64,000 nt of DNA from NCBI GenBank assembly GCA_003446015.1, contig DMBU01000108.1, positions 233 through 64,232 on the forward strand, written 5' to 3'. Origin of the DNA: Bacteroidales bacterium (lineage in GTDB: Bacteria; Bacteroidota; Bacteroidia; Bacteroidales; UBA12077). The translations under genes and the position numbers were made by a program. Positions 61,721-64,000 of the stretch are shown in pieces (the first letter of the stretch is position 1; each line of letters starts with the position of its first letter). The notes under the pieces are model-generated. The model saw only the letters and a program-made list of their open reading frames with translations, was not told the origin of the DNA and made no database searches.

Positions 61721-63040
61721 TTATTTAAATAGCTTAAAGATATCATTTCCATTTGCATAAAGCAAAAGGGCTAATAACAGAATCATTCCTGCCATTTGCG
61801 CATATTCCAGAAATTTATCGCTAGGCTTACGTCCTGTAACCATTTCGTATAATAAAAACATTACATGTCCACCATCTAAAGCTGGAATTGGTAAAACATT
61901 CATTATTGCTAAAATTATCGAAAGGAAAGCTGTAAGGTTCCAAAATGCCTGCCAGTTCCATGTTGCAGGAAATATTTTTCCTATGGTAATAAATCCACCT
62001 AAAGATTTGTATGCCTCTGTTTTTGGTGAAAAAATTAACTTTAACTGTTTTAAATAGCTTCCGAAAGTTTCTATTCCTTTATCGATACCTGCAGGTATTG
62101 ATGCCATAAAGGTATACTCAATGCTTTCAAGCTCGAAAAAGTCATTCAGGGCGCCACCGGGAGCCACGCCAATTAAACCCGACTCAGGCACCATAACCAT
62201 ATAACTTACTGTATCATTATCTCTTAATGCAGTAATGTGTACTTCCTTATTTATATAATGGGATAAAGTATCTTTAAACTCATCAAAATAGTAGACAGGG
62301 TTTCCATTGATTCCAATCAGTTTATCATCTTTCTCGAAGCCAGCTTCCTTTGCAGGAGAATCTTTTGAAAAACCTCCAATGACAAATGGTATTCGTGCAT
62401 TTATAAAACCTCTGCTTTTTAAAAGTTGTGGAATTATTGATTCAGGAACCGGTATTTCGCGTTGTCTACCATCTCGTTCAATCTGAATTGTTTTAATATC
62501 TTCTAAAACTATTTCAGGAACTATGGCATAGAAATCTTCAATTTCTTTACCGTCTAAGGATAAAATTTTATCACCATTTCTAAGTCCCATTTCAAAAGCC
62601 AGAGAATCAACCATGATTCCATGCTTGACATTGCTATTTGGCAAATATTCTTCTCCCCATGTGTATAGTACTGCTGAATAAATTATTAAAGCAGTAATAA
62701 AGTTAACCATTACACCGCCCAACATAATTAACAGTCTTTGCCATGTACTTTTCGAACGAAATTCATGTGGCTGAGGTGGTTGCTTCATTTGTTCTTTATC
62801 CATCGATTCGTCAATCATTCCTGATATTTTCACATACCCTCCAAGAGGTAACCAACCTAGCCCATATTCTGTTTCTCCTTTTTTAAACTTAAAAAGAGAA
62901 AACCAGGGGTTGAAGAAAAGATAAAATTTCTCTACTCTTGTTTTAAAAATTTTAGCAAATGCAAAATGTCCAAATTCGTGTAATATAACCAATATGGAAA
63001 TGCTAAGTAAAAATTGTCCTATTTGTGTTAATGCTCCCAT
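61721..63040 (-). CDS. rseP: RIP site-2 metalloprotease RseP
   Basis: 439 aa. HEFGH zinc motif, PDZ domains, and NVLPIPALDGG. Confidence 0.93.
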   Translation of the reverse strand: MGALTQIGQFLLSISILVILHEFGHFAFAKIFKTRVEKFYLFFNPWFSLFKFKKGETEYGLGWLPLGGYVKISGMIDESMDKEQMKQPPQPHEFRSKSTWQRLLIMLGGVMVNFITALIIYSAVLYTWGEEYLPNSNVKHGIMVDSLAFEMGLRNGDKILSLDGKEIEDFYAIVPEIVLEDIKTIQIERDGRQREIPVPESIIPQLLKSRGFINARIPFVIGGFSKDSPAKEAGFEKDDKLIGINGNPVYYFDEFKDTLSHYINKEVHITALRDNDTVSYMVMVPESGLIGVAPGGALNDFFELESIEYTFMASIPAGIDKGIETFGSYLKQLKLIFSPKTEAYKSLGGFITIGKIFPATWNWQAFWNLTAFLSIILAIMNVLPIPALDGGHVMFLLYEMVTGRKPSDKFLEYAQMAGMILLLALLLYANGNDIFKLFK

Positions 63041-63058
63041 CTATTAATCCTCTATTTC

Positions 63059-64000
63059 TTATTTTATTAATGTTTTTGAATATTCTCTTGTTTCTTTATC
63101 TGTGTTTATTAAATCATCCAGTTCAGGATGTTTTATATAAGCTATTTTTTGCATACTTTGTTCAATGATATCTGTCATTTCGCAAAATCCAATTTTATCT
63201 TTTAGAAATGCATCAACAGCAATTTCATTGGCTGCATTTAAAATACATGGCATATTCCCACATTTATCCATCGCTTCAAATGCCAGTGCCAGATTTCTAA
63301 AGCTTTTTAAATCCGGTTTTTCAAATGTTAACTCAGGATAATCCCAAAAACTAAATCGTGGGAATTCTGTTTTTACTCTATCCGGAAAACTTAATGCATA
63401 TAATATGGGTAATTTCATGTTGGGTAAACCCATTTGAGCTTTTATTGATCCATCTTCGAACATAACCGCTGAATGAACAATAGACTGTGGATGAACAACA
63501 ACTTCAATCTGATTTGGATTTAACCCGAATAACCATTTTGCCTCAATTGCTTCTAATCCTTTGTTCATCATTGTTGCAGAATCGATAGTTATTTTAGCTC
63601 CCATTTCCCAGTTAGGGTGTTTTAAGGCATTTTCTTTTGTTGCCGATTTTAAGAACTGTAGATTTTTCCCCCTGAATGGCCCCCCAGATGCTGTTAACAT
63701 AATTTTCTCAATGGCATTTTGACCTTCGCCTACCAGACATTGAAAAATAGCTGAATGTTCAGAATCAACAGGATAAATGCTTACTTTATGATGAAAAGCT
63801 AATTTTTGTATCATCTCACCAGCCACAACAAGCGTTTCTTTGTTAGCTAAAGCAATGGTCTTGCCTGATTTTATAGCATTTATGGTGGGGAGTAATCCAG
63901 AATAACCAACCATAGCGGTAAGAACAATATCGATGGTATCCATTTCGACAATTTGAGAAATAGCTTCATTTCCTGCATAAACTTTGACAGGAAGTTTTTC
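63059..64000 (-). CDS. dxr: 1-deoxy-D-xylulose-5-phosphate reductoisomerase (N-terminus beyond the window edge)
   Basis: LANKETLV, DSEHSAIFQC and NKGLEAIEA. The frame stays open upstream of the listed Met to position 64000, so the gene is truncated by the window. Confidence 0.93.
   Translation of the reverse strand, partial: EKLPVKVYAGNEAISQIVEMDTIDIVLTAMVGYSGLLPTINAIKSGKTIALANKETLVVAGEMIQKLAFHHKVSIYPVDSEHSAIFQCLVGEGQNAIEKIMLTASGGPFRGKNLQFLKSATKENALKHPNWEMGAKITIDSATMMNKGLEAIEAKWLFGLNPNQIEVVVHPQSIVHSAVMFEDGSIKAQMGLPNMKLPILYALSFPDRVKTEFPRFSFWDYPELTFEKPDLKSFRNLALAFEAMDKCGNMPCILNAANEIAVDAFLKDKIGFCEMTDIIEQSMQKIAYIKHPELDDLINTDKETREYSKTLIK

Overview
AT-rich, gene-dense chromosomal segment that looks like core Bacteroidota genome. 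Supporting this assignment: the conserved sigma-54 activator-lptE-TPR-secG-groES-groEL block, CarboxypepD_reg-type TonB-dependent receptors, many lipoproteins with acidic residues after the lipobox Cys, TAnnTTTG-type -7 boxes, and DUF4270/DUF4837/DUF3078/DUF4907-like families (family names recalled from memory, not searched). About 55 credible CDSs, mostly on the minus strand. Main blocks: (1) aminotransferase, CDF transporter and lepA. (2) A methionine/SAM block, lysC-metY-metX-hom-metH-metF, preceded by a SAM-I riboswitch. (3) groES/groEL, secG, lptE, a sigma-54 activator and kdsB. (4) A TonB-dependent receptor plus surface lipoprotein, divergent from a secreted EEP nuclease. (5) A second TonB receptor, a GSCFA protein, a four-helix-bundle gene and a hydrolase. 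(6) queG and a complete sufBCDSE-sufT operon, then thiL. (7) Several secreted or outer-membrane proteins of unknown function. (8) An ECF sigma pair and two PPIases. (9) A 1619-aa tandem UvrA-like protein. (10) mltD-like, tatA, rseP and a partial dxr. I found no rRNA, tRNA, CRISPR array, transposase, integrase, phage gene or recognisable defence island. I do not see a convincing new multi-gene system. The features most worth a second look are: (a) the fused double UvrA paralogue with four ATPase sites and no UvrB-binding domain in either half; (b) a four-helix-bundle (23S-IVS/Avd-family) gene enclosed by a perfect 26-bp inverted repeat between two co-oriented genes; (c) a BIME-like array of eight stem-loop repeats with compensatory stem changes; (d) a candidate extracellular-nucleic-acid uptake locus; (e) about 210 nt of unexplained leader between the SAM-I aptamer and lysC. 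All family assignments come from motif recognition by eye. No database search was run.
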